Shown here: piece by piece, positions 36,572 to 47,051 of the stretch
Position numbering within the stretch: the stretch's first letter is position 1
How the letters are laid out: each line of letters opens with the position of its first letter
DNA from: Nannocystis bainbridge
GTDB taxonomy: Bacteria > Myxococcota_A > Polyangia > Nannocystales > Nannocystaceae
Direction of reading: 5' to 3'
DNA length: 64,000 nt
NCBI RefSeq assembly: GCF_028368995.1
Contig: NZ_JAQNDL010000005.1
Location: forward strand, 64,001-128,000
Notes under the pieces: model-generated
Databases searched by the model: none
Told to the model about the DNA's origin: nothing
Seen by the model: only the letters and a program-made list of their open reading frames with translations
Made by a program: the position numbers and the translations under genes

Positions 36572-37075
36572 TGTCTCCTGTCGCGAAGTTTTCGTCGTCG
36601 AGGCATGACCGACCTGACCTCGAGGACAGGCGATGGGAGGACGATCGCCCGGCCTGGATCGCAGGCGCCGGTCTTGCGCGTTGGCCCAGAGGTGTCGCTA
36701 CCCGCCCGCGGGGATCGAACTTTTTTCGCGCGCCCGAAAAATCCCCCTGGCGCGGATCTGCACATCCGCCCCAGCGGGCCTCCCGGACCCCTCCCGGTCG
36801 CCATGGCGCATCCGTAGATCGCCGGCGCTCGGCCCGCGTGCCGCTCGCGTCCCTGGCCTGACCTGTCCTCACGACCAGGTGCCCAGCGCCCGCCCCCGCC
36901 GCGAGCATCGAAGTCCGGCTGCGCCCGTCCTCGTTCGCACGAGCAGCCGCGACACGTGGCATTCAGAGCCGCACGAGCCGTGATCACCGCTCTCTGTGAA
37001 CGGTCGTCGCCATCCCTACACACTCACTTCGCTGTCGCACCGAGGTGACTCCCCCTCGCGGAACCCACGATGATT

Positions 37076-37117
37076 TGTCCTTCAAGACATGTCCGTACGA
37101 ACATGTCCCATCGTCCA
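37076..37117. repeat. Phased array of 3 14-bp palindrome units
   Basis: TGTCCTTCAAGACA|TGTCCGTACGAACA|TGTCCCATCGTCCA. Confidence 0.8.
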
Positions 37118-37194
37118 TCGTGGCCTCGCGGCCCCAGCGGCGCCGCAGCCGCGACAGGTGGCGCTGCACGGCGGGCTCGGCGATACTCCCGGCC

Positions 37195-38325
37195 ATGAAG
37201 GCCACCTTCCGCACCTCCCTCGGGTTCTGCGTCCTCCTGCTCGCCTGCGACTCTGCTGCCGAAGGCGGCGGCAAGGTCGAGGCCAAGGCCGACGCCAAGG
37301 CCGACATCAAGCTCGACACCAAGGCCGTCGCCGATGCGGCCGCCAAGGCGCAGGCCGACGCCGACGCCGACGCCAGGGCGGCCGCCGTCGCCGTCGCGCA
37401 GGTGACCATCCCCACGCTCAAGACCGTCGCCGAAGTCGAGGCCGCGCTCGGCACCAAGATCGTGCTGAAGCCCGCCGACCTCGACCTCAAGGGCGTCGTC
37501 GAGCTGCTCGCGAAGGGCGAGATCAAGACCGCCGCCGAGCTCGAGCTGTTCCTCAACGCCCCCGGCGCCGCCGCCCACCGCGTCGACTTCGACGCTGACG
37601 GCAAGCTCGACTACTTGCAGGTCGTCGAGGTCAGGCTCGGCGGCAACGTCGACTTCGAGCTGCGCGCCGTCCCCTCGAGCAAGCTCGACGCCTCGCTCGC
37701 GGTGCTCGTCGCCACCCTGGCGACCGTGCGCGCCGAGGCCGAGGGCGCGCTCAAGGTCGTCGCCAGCTACTCTGCCGCGGTCGAAGGCGGCGCCGAATTC
37801 AAGCTCGAGCGCGACTTCAAGGCCGACTTCAAGGCCGACGGCGTGGTCCTGGCCGACGCGGGCGCCGGCGCCTTCTTCGGCTGGGCCCTCGACGTCAAGC
37901 GCCCGGCCTACGTCAGCGCCCACGTCTCGCCGCTCGACATCCAGATCGCCGCCGACGGGGCCGCGCAGTTCGCCGGCGACGTCTCGGCCTCGCTGGCCGC
38001 CGCCCACCTCGCGGCCCTGCGCGCCGCGATCAAGGTCGAGGCCCTGGCGCTGGCCGCCGTCGACGTGCCCAAGATCGACATCACCCCGCCGAAGGTCGAC
38101 GTCAAGGGCGTCGCCAAGGCCAAGGCCGGCCTCGACGTCGATCACTCGGCCAAGGCCGAGAGCTCGATCAAGGTCGGCTCGGGCGGCGGCGTCAACGTCG
38201 GCAGCGGCGGGATCAAGGTCGGCGGCAGCGCCGGCATCTCCGTGGGCGGCGGCGGCGGCGTCTCGGTCGGCGGCGGCGGCAGCGGCAAGGGCAAGGCCGG
38301 CGCCGGCATCAAGATCGGCAAGTGA
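37195..38325 (+). CDS. Lipoprotein with EF-hand-like DxDxDG loop and Gly-rich tail
   Basis: LLAC lipobox, DFDADGKLDYLQVVE, C-terminal GGGxxVG repeats. Confidence 0.8.
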   Translation: MKATFRTSLGFCVLLLACDSAAEGGGKVEAKADAKADIKLDTKAVADAAAKAQADADADARAAAVAVAQVTIPTLKTVAEVEAALGTKIVLKPADLDLKGVVELLAKGEIKTAAELELFLNAPGAAAHRVDFDADGKLDYLQVVEVRLGGNVDFELRAVPSSKLDASLAVLVATLATVRAEAEGALKVVASYSAAVEGGAEFKLERDFKADFKADGVVLADAGAGAFFGWALDVKRPAYVSAHVSPLDIQIAADGAAQFAGDVSASLAAAHLAALRAAIKVEALALAAVDVPKIDITPPKVDVKGVAKAKAGLDVDHSAKAESSIKVGSGGGVNVGSGGIKVGGSAGISVGGGGGVSVGGGGSGKGKAGAGIKIGK

Positions 38326-38447
38326 AGCGCCGCGAGAGCGCTGGCCCTCGCCCCGGGCGATGCCGGCGCTCTCGCCATGCTCGAGCGCGGCGTGCGACTG
38401 GACGCGCACCGGCGAGCGCCTGCATCCCGCGCTCCACACCAGCGCCA

Positions 38448-38537
38448 TGCCCGATGGGGCATGTCCGTCCAGACATGCCCCCTCCGACATGTCCTTCAGC
38501 ACCTTCTCTTTCGGACATGCCTTTTTAAGCCATGTCC
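38448..38537. repeat. Phased array of 5-6 14-bp palindrome units
   Basis: Units at 38448, 38462 (TGTCCGTCCAGACA), 38476, 38490, 38504 and 38518 (last one has a 1-bp slip). Confidence 0.85.
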
Positions 38538-38542
38538 GGAGG

Positions 38543-39232
38543 CTACCCCATGATCCGGCGGACCAGCAGGTCGGACAGGATGCTGAGCGCGTCCAGCGTC
38601 GACTGGCCCTTGCGGCGCGACCATTCCGTGTAGCGGATCGTCACCGGCACCTCGACGAAGCGCAGGCGCAGGCGGCGGATCTCGTGCAGGATCTCCGACG
38701 CGTGGGCCATCCGGTTCTGCGTGATCCGCAGCGCCCGCGCGGCCGGGGCCGTGAACGCCCGCAGCCCGTTGTGCGTATCGGTGAGGTCGAGCCCCGCCGC
38801 CGCCCGGGTGAACGCCGTCGCCAGGCGCAGCAACATGCGCCGGCCCTGCGGCATGTCGATCGTCCCGCCGAGGAAGCGCGAGCCGAGGGCCACGTCGGCG
38901 CGGCCCTCCGCCAGCGGCGCCACCAGGGCCGCGACGTCCTCCGCGCGGTGCTGGCCGTCGCCGTCGAACGTCACCACGTAGCGGGCCCCACGGGCCAGCG
39001 CCAGCTCGATGCCGGTCTGCAGGGCCGCGCCCTGGCCGAGGTTGACCGCGTGCCGCACCACCGTCGCCCCGGTGACCTCGAGGCGCGCCGCGGTGTCGTC
39101 GCTCGAGCCGTCGTCGACCGCGATCACGTGCGGCCAGGCTCGCCGCAGCTCGGCCAGCACCTCGCCGATCACCGGCCCCTCGTTGAAACAGGGCACCACG
39201 ATCGTCACGTCCGCGGGCGAGGCCGGCGCCAT
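38543..39232 (-). CDS. GT2 glycosyltransferase (polyprenol-phosphate glycosyltransferase-like)
   Basis: VVPCFNE, VDDGSSD, NLGQGAAL, TFDGDGQH, GSRF, TDTHNGLRA. Confidence 0.92.
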   Translation of the reverse strand: MAPASPADVTIVVPCFNEGPVIGEVLAELRRAWPHVIAVDDGSSDDTAARLEVTGATVVRHAVNLGQGAALQTGIELALARGARYVVTFDGDGQHRAEDVAALVAPLAEGRADVALGSRFLGGTIDMPQGRRMLLRLATAFTRAAAGLDLTDTHNGLRAFTAPAARALRITQNRMAHASEILHEIRRLRLRFVEVPVTIRYTEWSRRKGQSTLDALSILSDLLVRRIMG

Positions 39233-39563
39233 CGCGGCGCATTGTCGGGCCAGCGCGACCGCGAAGCAATCACGGCCGTCCACCGCTGCGCAGCGGCGAC
39301 CGCAGCCGAGCCCGTTCGCCCTCCGCTGCGCGGACCGGCGCGGCCGCGAGGCCATCGCGGCCGACCCGGTTGGTTCGTCGCCACCCGACCGACGTGAACG
39401 CGAGGACATCGCGGCCGAACCGCGACCCGGTCCGCCGCGTCGGCCGGCGCGACCGCGAGGACGACCGACCTCGCATCGACGATCGCGGCGAGCACCCGCC
39501 GGCTGCGCCGAGAATTGACTTCCGCGGCGACGCGGCCGATGCTCCGCCGGCCTCCGGGCGCTC

Positions 39564-39917
39564 ATGGCGATCCAGTTCGTGCTCATCGGCGGCAGCCTCG
39601 CCCTGCTGTTTCATTTCTTCGTGCGGGCGCGGCGGCGACCGGCGCAGAAGCTGGCGATGACCGTGGTGTTCGCCGGCATCATCTTCCTGGTGATCTTCCC
39701 CGACGTCTCGACCTGGTGCGCTCACCGGGTCGGTGTCGGTCGCGGCGTCGACCTCGTCTTCTATCTCAGCTCGCTCGTCTTGCTGTTCCTGTGCTTCAAC
39801 CTTTACCTCGGGCAAAAGGCGCTCGAGGATCGGCTGACGCTGGTCGTCCGCGAGCTCGCGCTGCAGCCCCATCGCGCCCGTTCGGACGCCGCGCCTGGCG
39901 ATCGCGCGGAGCCGTGA
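39564..39917 (+). CDS. DUF2304-family small membrane protein
   Basis: IFP...VGVGRGVDLVFY...LTLVVRELAL signature. Confidence 0.8.
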   Translation: MAIQFVLIGGSLALLFHFFVRARRRPAQKLAMTVVFAGIIFLVIFPDVSTWCAHRVGVGRGVDLVFYLSSLVLLFLCFNLYLGQKALEDRLTLVVRELALQPHRARSDAAPGDRAEP

Positions 39918-42094
39918 GCATGGCCCGCCGCGTCCTCGCGGGGCTCGGGCTCGCGTGCATGTACGCGGCCGTGTTCCTCGCCTTTCACCCCGCGATCGTC
40001 ACCGGCGAGGCCTTCCTCGGCTGGGACGCCGTCAACGAGCACTGGGGTGACCTGCTGGTCCCGCTGCACGCCCTGCGAGCCGGCGAGCTGCCGCTGTGGC
40101 ACCCGTTCGAGCGCGGCGGCTACGACTTCCTCGCCGACCCGCAGACCGGCGTGCTCTACCCGTTCAACTGGCTGGTGTGGCTCGCCGCCGCGGTGTTCGG
40201 CGAGGGTCCGTGGGTGGTCCTCCTCAAGTCCCTGCTGCACGTCGCCATCGGCGGCCTCGGCACTCACATCTTGCTCGCGCGGCTCGGCCTCTCGCCTTCT
40301 GCCAGCAGCTTCGGTGGGCTCGCCTTCGTGCTCTCGGGCCGCGTCGCCAAGGCCAAGGACTCCGCCGGTCTGTGGTCGCCGGTGTGGCTGCCGTGGCTCG
40401 TGCTCACCGGCCTCGAGCTGGTGCGTCGGCCCTCGCCGCGCACGGGCCTGGCCTTTGGGACAGCCACGGCCATGGCCTTCCTCTCCGGCTACCCGCCCAA
40501 CTTCTTCCGCGACCTCGTCGGCCTCGCGCCGGTCCTGCTCGTCGCGCTCGTGCTGGTCGTGCGCCGGCTCCCGGCCGCGCGCCGGCACCTCGCCCGGGTC
40601 GCCGGCGCCGGCGGATTGGCCGTCGGCGTCGCGCTCGGCCTCGCCCTGCCCAACATCATCGCCACCCTCGCGTGGCTGCCCGAGACCGTGCGCGACCAGC
40701 TCGATTTCGGCGAGGTCGTCTACTCGACCGCGCGCCCGCTGCACCTGCTCGACGCCCTCGCCCCTGGCACCTGGCGCGACGGCGCGCCCGTGCACTACCT
40801 CGGCGCCGTCGCCCTCCTGCTCGCGGTGTTCGCCGTCCGCCGCGACGCCCTGCGGATCACCTGGGCCGCCTGCGCCCTGCTGTTCTTCCTGCTCGCGTGC
40901 GGCGACGGCTCCTTCCTCCTGCCCTTCCTCGCCCGCCACGTCCCTGGCTTCGGGCTGTGGCGGATCCCCGCCCAGTACTTCTTCGGCTTCGCCTTCTTCG
41001 TCGCCGTGCTCGCCGCCCACGGCTTCGACGACCTCGTGCGCGCCGAACCGGCCCGCCGGCGCGCGCTCGGCCGCCGCCTCGCGCTCGTGTTCGGGCTCGC
41101 CTGCCTCGGCCTGCTCGTCGCCCGCGCGTGGAGCCGCGCCCCGGCGAGCACCGGCCTCGCCGCGCTGTTCGTCGCCCTCGGCGGCGCCTGTCTCGGCGGC
41201 CTCCTGAGCGCCCGCCCGTGGCTGCGTCGCGCGGCCGCGCCCGCGGCGATCGTCGTCGCCTTGCTCGAGCTCAAGGTCCAGGCGCGCCAGATCCACGGCA
41301 TCACCCAGCGCCCGCCCGACCTCGCGCGCGACGCCGTGCTCGCCCAGCTGGACGACCGCGTCGGCTGGCGCGTCGCCGACGACGACCACTACCGCTGGCG
41401 CGTCGGCGCTCGCCTCGACGTGCGCGACATCTTCGGCCGCGACAGCACCCTCGTCACCCGCCGCTGGCGAGCCTTCGCCGCGCGCGCGCGCGAGCACGCC
41501 AATCTGCTCGCCGCCGCCAACGTGCGCTGGTACGCGGGCGGGCACCGGGCCGCCGTCCAGCGCACCGCCGCCGGCCAGTCGCGCTGGACCCCGGGCCGGC
41601 CGGTCGAGCTGCTGCACGCCGCTCCGCTCGCCTACTGGACCGCGCAGGTCGAGCTCGTCGACCACGAGGACGACGCGCTCGCGCGCCTGGCCGTGCTGCC
41701 GCCCGGGCGCGCCGCCCTGCTCGAGGCCTCGCAGCTCGACCCCGCGACCACTGCCGCGATCGCCGGCTTCGACCCCACCGCCGCGCCGGTGCCCGCGATC
41801 CTCGACGGCTTCGCGCGCAACCGCCTCGGCTTCACCGTCGAGGCCCCCGCCGCCGGGGTACTGGTGGTGAACGAAGCCTGGGGACCCGGCTGGACCGCCC
41901 AGGTCGACGGCGCGGCCGCTCCGGTGCTGCGCGCCAACTACCTGTTCCGCGGCCTGCTCGTCGGCCCGGGCCGGCACGCGGTCGAGCTCGAGTACCGCCC
42001 GCCGCGCCTGCGCGCCGCGCTCGCCGTCTACGCAGCCACGGCCCTGCTGGTGCTGCTCGGCCTGGTGCTCCTGCCGCGCAGGACCAGCGCCTGA
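39914..42094 (+). CDS. YfhO-family (GT-C) membrane glycosyltransferase
   Basis: GELPLWHPF..GG..FLADPQ...YP, many TM helices, C-terminal EAWGPGW.A.VDG...RANYLFRG. Confidence 0.85.
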   Translation: MSMARRVLAGLGLACMYAAVFLAFHPAIVTGEAFLGWDAVNEHWGDLLVPLHALRAGELPLWHPFERGGYDFLADPQTGVLYPFNWLVWLAAAVFGEGPWVVLLKSLLHVAIGGLGTHILLARLGLSPSASSFGGLAFVLSGRVAKAKDSAGLWSPVWLPWLVLTGLELVRRPSPRTGLAFGTATAMAFLSGYPPNFFRDLVGLAPVLLVALVLVVRRLPAARRHLARVAGAGGLAVGVALGLALPNIIATLAWLPETVRDQLDFGEVVYSTARPLHLLDALAPGTWRDGAPVHYLGAVALLLAVFAVRRDALRITWAACALLFFLLACGDGSFLLPFLARHVPGFGLWRIPAQYFFGFAFFVAVLAAHGFDDLVRAEPARRRALGRRLALVFGLACLGLLVARAWSRAPASTGLAALFVALGGACLGGLLSARPWLRRAAAPAAIVVALLELKVQARQIHGITQRPPDLARDAVLAQLDDRVGWRVADDDHYRWRVGARLDVRDIFGRDSTLVTRRWRAFAARAREHANLLAAANVRWYAGGHRAAVQRTAAGQSRWTPGRPVELLHAAPLAYWTAQVELVDHEDDALARLAVLPPGRAALLEASQLDPATTAAIAGFDPTAAPVPAILDGFARNRLGFTVEAPAAGVLVVNEAWGPGWTAQVDGAAAPVLRANYLFRGLLVGPGRHAVELEYRPPRLRAALAVYAATALLVLLGLVLLPRRTSA

Positions 42095-42119
42095 GCGCCG
42101 CTCATGGAGTCGCCGGGCA

Positions 42120-42233
42120 TGCCCCCAAGGGCATGTTCACGAAAACATGTCCCCGAGTACATGTCCGAATCGACATGCTCTCGGGGACAGCACCATCACC
42201 GATTACGGAGGACATGCCCCGAAGGACACGTCC
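42120..42233. repeat. Phased array of 5 plus 1 14-bp palindrome units
   Basis: Units at 42120, 42134, 42148, 42162 and 42176; another at 42215 (TGCCCCGAAGGACA). Confidence 0.88.
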
Positions 42234-42240
42234 ATGCGCC

Positions 42241-43935
42241 TCACGGCCCCGCCAGCGTCTCGAGCACCGTGCGGATCTCGGCCAGGTCCGGGTCGCCGGG
42301 CAGGGCCGCCTCGGCGAGCGCCAGGGCCGCGAGCGCCGGGGCGAGCGTCGCCGCGTCGGCCGCCTCGCGGTAGGCCTTGAGGCCCTCGGCGTAGGCGAAC
42401 ACGGCCGCGCCCTTCTTGAGCAGCGGCGACTCGGCGGCCACCGACTCCTGGATCTTCTTGATCACCTCGGACTCGCGCTCCTCGAACGTGATCGGGTCCT
42501 TCCAGCGCACGGCGACCTTGAACTCGGCGGCCTCGTCGACCAGCCCCGGCGCGCAGGTGGCGACCGTCTGGTGGAACACCATCGCGTCGTTGGGCGCCAG
42601 GTGCTGCGGCTCGACCTCCGCCGGATCGGTCGAGTACTCCTCGCCGCTGAACTTGACGATCGAGAAGCCGGGCGGCATGTCGAGGCGGACCCGCACGTCG
42701 CGGACCGCGACCGCCATGGTCTGGACGAAGCGCTCGCCGAACATCTTGTGGGCCTCGTCGACCGAGGGGATGAACAGCGACGCGCCGCGGCCGACGTCGG
42801 TGACGGTGTCCATCAGCTCGTCGTTGTACGAGTCGGGCGTGCCGACGCCGACGCCGACCAGGTAGATCCCGTCCTGGTCCTTGCTGCCGGCGCCGCCGGC
42901 GATGATCTCGATGTCGGTCACGCCCGCGTTGGCCCCGCCGTCGCTGATCAGCACCACGCGGTTGATCCGCGTCGCGTCGAACTGCGCCTGCGCCAGGTCG
43001 TAGCCGGCCGTGAGCCCGCCGTTGAGGTCGGTGCCGCCGCCGGCCTCGAGCCCGTCGCACAGGTCGAGCAGCTCGGGATCGTTGGCCTTCGTCACCTTGT
43101 GCTTGGTCAGCTTGACCGCGTTGACGGTGTCCCAGCCGACCGCCGACACGATGTCGCCCGCGCGCAGGCTGCCGGCGATCGTGCGGCACACCTCCTGCTG
43201 CAGCTCCATCGGCAAGCCGCCCATCGAGCCCGACTCGTCGAGCACCAGCGTCACGTTCATCAGCGGCCGGTCGGCGTTGCTGACCGTCTCGCTGGCGACG
43301 CCGATCTGGACCACGTAGTGATCGTCGGGGCTGTCCTCGAAGCGGGCGATCTCCGGCAGCACCGTGACCATGCCCTTGTCCGCCGCGGCGTAGTCGAACG
43401 TGTAGTAGTTGAGGAACTCCCACGTCCGGATCGGCACGTAGCTCAGCGAGCCCCACTGCGACAGCACCGCCTCGCGCACCTGCACCGGCGACGACGTCGA
43501 GTTCGAGTCGTCGGGCGACAGGTACAGCACCACCGGGGTCTGGTCGTCACACACGGGCTCGCCGGTGGTGCTGTCGTCGGTGGTGCTGCTCTCGTCGTCG
43601 TCGGGCGGCGGCGGCTCCTCCGGCGCTCCCCCGGTCGTGCCCGAATCCCCCGGCTCGCCGCCGCTGGCGCCCGTGGTGGTCGGCGACCAGTCCCCGGTCG
43701 TGCCCGGCTCGCCGGTCTCCCAGCCGCCGTCGGTGCCGCCGTCCGACTCGCCCGGGCTGGCCGAACCGGAGCCCGGGCCGGAGTCGGAGCTCGGCCCGCT
43801 GGCGCCCCCGCTGGCGCCGGAGCCGTCGTGCTGGGCGGCGCTGCTACAGGCACCCGCCAGCGCGGCGAGGAGGGGCAAGGACAGCGCCGCGAAGGTGCGC
43901 GGGCGGGACGGGCTCGTAACGTTAAGGGTCGGCAT
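42241..43935 (-). CDS. VWA-domain lipoprotein (YfbK-like)
   Basis: AGAC lipobox, G/S/T linker, EFLNYY, VLDESGSM, GGTDLNGGL, INRVVLISDGGAN. Confidence 0.88.
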   Translation of the reverse strand: MPTLNVTSPSRPRTFAALSLPLLAALAGACSSAAQHDGSGASGGASGPSSDSGPGSGSASPGESDGGTDGGWETGEPGTTGDWSPTTTGASGGEPGDSGTTGGAPEEPPPPDDDESSTTDDSTTGEPVCDDQTPVVLYLSPDDSNSTSSPVQVREAVLSQWGSLSYVPIRTWEFLNYYTFDYAAADKGMVTVLPEIARFEDSPDDHYVVQIGVASETVSNADRPLMNVTLVLDESGSMGGLPMELQQEVCRTIAGSLRAGDIVSAVGWDTVNAVKLTKHKVTKANDPELLDLCDGLEAGGGTDLNGGLTAGYDLAQAQFDATRINRVVLISDGGANAGVTDIEIIAGGAGSKDQDGIYLVGVGVGTPDSYNDELMDTVTDVGRGASLFIPSVDEAHKMFGERFVQTMAVAVRDVRVRLDMPPGFSIVKFSGEEYSTDPAEVEPQHLAPNDAMVFHQTVATCAPGLVDEAAEFKVAVRWKDPITFEERESEVIKKIQESVAAESPLLKKGAAVFAYAEGLKAYREAADAATLAPALAALALAEAALPGDPDLAEIRTVLETLAGP

Positions 43936-44040
43936 CGGTCCGGCCCTTATTGCAAGGACAGGGCAACCTGCAATTTCAACCACTTCGCAATCGCGCCCGC
44001 GAATCACCCTGACAGCGGTGTCGCGTTCGCGCCCGGCGCG

Positions 44041-45408
44041 TCAGCCCCGGACCACGCGGAGATGTCGCCGCAGCAGCGACGCCGCCGCGCGATGCTCCTC
44101 GGCGCGAGCCCAGTCGAGCGCGGTGCGGCCCGCGTGATCGCGGATCGAAGGATCGGCGCCGACCTCGAGCAACACCGTCGCCGTGTCCGCCTGCCCCGCC
44201 ATCGCCGCGCGCATCAGCGGCGTCTGCCCGCACGCGTTCACGGCCTCGACCTGGGCCCCGGCCAGGCACAGCGCGCGCACCACCTCGGGCACCGGCTCGG
44301 TCGCCGCCAGCGCCAGCGGTGTGTCGCCGTTCACGTCGCGCAGCTCGGTCGCGGCCCCGGCCGCCAGCAGCACCCGCGCGCTCTCGCGGTGGTCCTGCCA
44401 GGCCGCCACGTGCAGCGGCGAATGAAGGTGGAAGTCGAGCGCGTCGACCGGCGCGCCCGCATCGCACAGCATCGCCACGATCAGCGCGTGCTCCTGATCG
44501 GCCGCGAGGTGCAGCGCCGTGCGCCCCTGCACATTGGCCCCGCGCACCTCGGCCCCGCGCGCCAGCAGCTCCTCGACGATCGCCGCGTGGCCGCGAAAGC
44601 TCGCCGCCAGCAGGGCCGTCGGCAGCCCGGGCCAGGCCGGGTGGCGCGCGTCGATCGCCACGCCCGCGGCCAGCAGCCGCCGCACCTCCTCCAGCTGCCC
44701 GTCGAGCGCCGCGCGGTGCAGCGCCCACTCGTCGCCGCGGCGCTCCCCGCTCGGCAGCACCTCGAGCAGGCCCGGCGCGCGCGCCACCTCGGCCAGCGCC
44801 TCGGCCATCTCACCCGCCAGCTCGCGCCCCTGCGCCGCCTCGATCTGCGCCTCGACGTGCTCCAACCACGCATCGAGCTCGTGCGGGTCGCCGACCCGGA
44901 GCAGCAGCGCGAAACCTGTCCCCACGGCCATCCGGCAGCCCTCGGCGTCGTCGCCGGCGATCCGCAGCGCCAGCGCCCGGCCGATCAGCGCCCGCACCTG
45001 CGCCGACGAACCTGACCTCAAGGCCATCTCGGCCCCGGCCGAGTGCAGCCACGCCGCGTTCTTGGTCGAGATCGTCATCGCCCGCGGCGGCGGCGTCATC
45101 AGCATCGCCACCCCTTCGGCGTCGCGGCCGAGGCGGTAGAGCGCGCGGATGTGATAATCGCGGACCCACCCGAACTCGGCCGGGTCGGTGGTCTCGGCGG
45201 CCAGGAGGTCGCGCTCGAGCGCCGCGGCCAGCGGCAGAGCGTCGGCGGGCGAGCGCTCGAGCGTGGTGGCGAGCACGAACATGCGGGTCGGGAAGTCGAC
45301 GGCGGTCATGCCCGCGAGCATGAGCACGCCGCGTGCCACTCCCCGCCGCTCCCCGTGCGGGCGCTCCTGGCCCGGGAGTGCCTCGAAACGATTCAAAGCA
45401 TGAATCAT
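44041..45408 (-). CDS. Ankyrin repeat protein with N-terminal helical domain
   Basis: About 6 ankyrin repeats (GRTALHLAA, SPLHVAA, GDTPLALAA, GQTPLMRAA). Start uncertain. Confidence 0.85.
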   Translation of the reverse strand: MIHALNRFEALPGQERPHGERRGVARGVLMLAGMTAVDFPTRMFVLATTLERSPADALPLAAALERDLLAAETTDPAEFGWVRDYHIRALYRLGRDAEGVAMLMTPPPRAMTISTKNAAWLHSAGAEMALRSGSSAQVRALIGRALALRIAGDDAEGCRMAVGTGFALLLRVGDPHELDAWLEHVEAQIEAAQGRELAGEMAEALAEVARAPGLLEVLPSGERRGDEWALHRAALDGQLEEVRRLLAAGVAIDARHPAWPGLPTALLAASFRGHAAIVEELLARGAEVRGANVQGRTALHLAADQEHALIVAMLCDAGAPVDALDFHLHSPLHVAAWQDHRESARVLLAAGAATELRDVNGDTPLALAATEPVPEVVRALCLAGAQVEAVNACGQTPLMRAAMAGQADTATVLLEVGADPSIRDHAGRTALDWARAEEHRAAASLLRRHLRVVRG

Positions 45409-45596
45409 TTCGAGCCACACGTATCGTTTCGAGCCACCACGAACGAGCCCACCGGTACGACCGCCCACCGCCCTCGCCACCGCGAACGGAGCCTGCGACC
45501 GCCGCAACATCCCGCGGACGTCTCCGGCGACCCACCTATGACCGCCTCCCCGCGTCCGGCCCTGCGCCGCCGGTCCCGGCGATCTACACTCTCCCC

Positions 45597-46199
45597 GTGT
45601 CGCCCCGTTCGTCCGCGCTCCTCCTCACCGCCGCGCTCGCCTGCCGACCCGACCTGTCCAAAGAGACAGCCTCGCCGCCGGTCCGAGATCCCGCCGGCCC
45701 GCGGTCCTCCTCCGCGGCGAAATCACGGCCCGCATCCACGTCCGCGCCTGCGCCTGCTCGCGCCCCCGAACCGGGCCGGCTGGCCGGCATCACGGCCGCG
45801 CACAACCGGCACCGCGCGCAGCTCGACATCGCCGCGCTCACGTGGTCGCCCGAGCTCGCGCGCTACGCTCAAGCCTGGGCCGACAAGCTGAAGCGTCGCG
45901 GCTGCGACCTCGAGCATCGCCCGCGCTCCGGCCCCGACGCCCAGCGTCACGGCGAAAACCTGTTTTACGCCGGCGGGCAGGCTGCCACCGCCGAACAGGT
46001 CGTCGACGCGTGGGTCGCCGAGGTCGCGGGCTACGACGCCAGGACCGGCCGCTGTCGCGGCGTGTGCGGTCATTACACGCAGGTCGTATGGCGCGACAGC
46101 CAGCGCATCGGCTGCGGCGTCGCCAGCTGCGGCGAAAGCGAGGTGTGGGTCTGCAACTACGATCCGCCGGGCAACTTCCTCGGACAGAAGCCCTACTGA
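45597..46199 (+). CDS. CAP/SCP (PR-1-like) domain lipoprotein
   Basis: ALAC lipobox, AHNRHR, GENLF, CGHYTQVVW, CNYDPPGNF. Confidence 0.9.
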   Translation: MSPRSSALLLTAALACRPDLSKETASPPVRDPAGPRSSSAAKSRPASTSAPAPARAPEPGRLAGITAAHNRHRAQLDIAALTWSPELARYAQAWADKLKRRGCDLEHRPRSGPDAQRHGENLFYAGGQAATAEQVVDAWVAEVAGYDARTGRCRGVCGHYTQVVWRDSQRIGCGVASCGESEVWVCNYDPPGNFLGQKPY

Positions 46200-46353
46200 G
46201 CGCGACCTCCCTGCCTCTCGCACACGCGACGACAGCCGCCGCAGACCCACCTTCGCTCGCGCGTGCGTGGGATTGACGGCGCCGGCGTGCGATCGGCGGC
46301 GCCACCGCCGGGACCCTTCCGTCGCTACAATCGGCGGCAGGAGTCACGCATCC

Positions 46354-46935
46354 ATGCTGTTCAAACGCCGTTCCCTGCGCAATCTCGTGGTCGCTGTCAG
46401 TTGCCTCTCGTCCTTTGCGATCGCGCCGACGGCCGACGCGAAGAAGGGCGGCGAGGACGCCGGCAAGCGGCTCTCCGATCGGGCCGAAATCGTCGATCTG
46501 GGCTACTGCTACGCCGAGGCCACCGACGCCATCGGCCGCGGTGATTTTGCCACCGGCAAAGAGACGTACAAAGAGTGCTTCACCGCGAACGCCAATATCG
46601 CGGCCTACTTCCCGGGCTCCGATCCCAACGGTCCGCCGGGAGTCGCGGCCATCGGCCCGGTCGCGTGGGCCAACGCCGTCAAGGGCGTGTTCGACGGCAG
46701 CGGCTACGTCTCGACGCAGCACCTGGTCAGCAACGTCCGCATCGACCTCGACGGCAACACCGGCACCGTGACCTCGTATCTGCACGCCACCCACGTCATC
46801 GATCCGGACGGCGCCATCGAAGTCGCCAACGGCACCTACTATGACACCGTCGTGCGGACCCCGCAGGGTTGGCGGATCTCGAAGCGCAAGCTCGTCTTGA
46901 TCGACTTCGTCCGCCTCGAGTCGCCCGCGCCCTGA
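46354..46935 (+). CDS. Secreted SnoaL/NTF2-like protein
   Basis: Signal peptide; DRAEI, TQHLVSN, GTYYD.VVRT..GWRI. Confidence 0.82.
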   Translation: MLFKRRSLRNLVVAVSCLSSFAIAPTADAKKGGEDAGKRLSDRAEIVDLGYCYAEATDAIGRGDFATGKETYKECFTANANIAAYFPGSDPNGPPGVAAIGPVAWANAVKGVFDGSGYVSTQHLVSNVRIDLDGNTGTVTSYLHATHVIDPDGAIEVANGTYYDTVVRTPQGWRISKRKLVLIDFVRLESPAP

Positions 46936-47051
46936 GCGCCTGCTGACACACGTTCCACGCGCTGGCGGGCTGGACAACACGTCCGGCCCGCCGTACGGTC
47001 TTCGCCGCCAAATCGGCGTTCGCGACCTTTCCGCCTCGACAGCTCCCCTGC

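Noticed and set aside
40096-45015. 1639-aa plus-strand ORF (likewise 51395..56323 -, 15814..19302 -, 9725..11821 +)
   Set aside because: Shadow or off-frame ORFs of high-GC genes: Arg/Ala/Gly-rich, no domains, and overlapping well-supported CDSs.
46273-46331. TTGACG and TACAAT as one sigma70 promoter
   Set aside because: They are about 47 bp apart. Only the -10-like hexamer is plausible.
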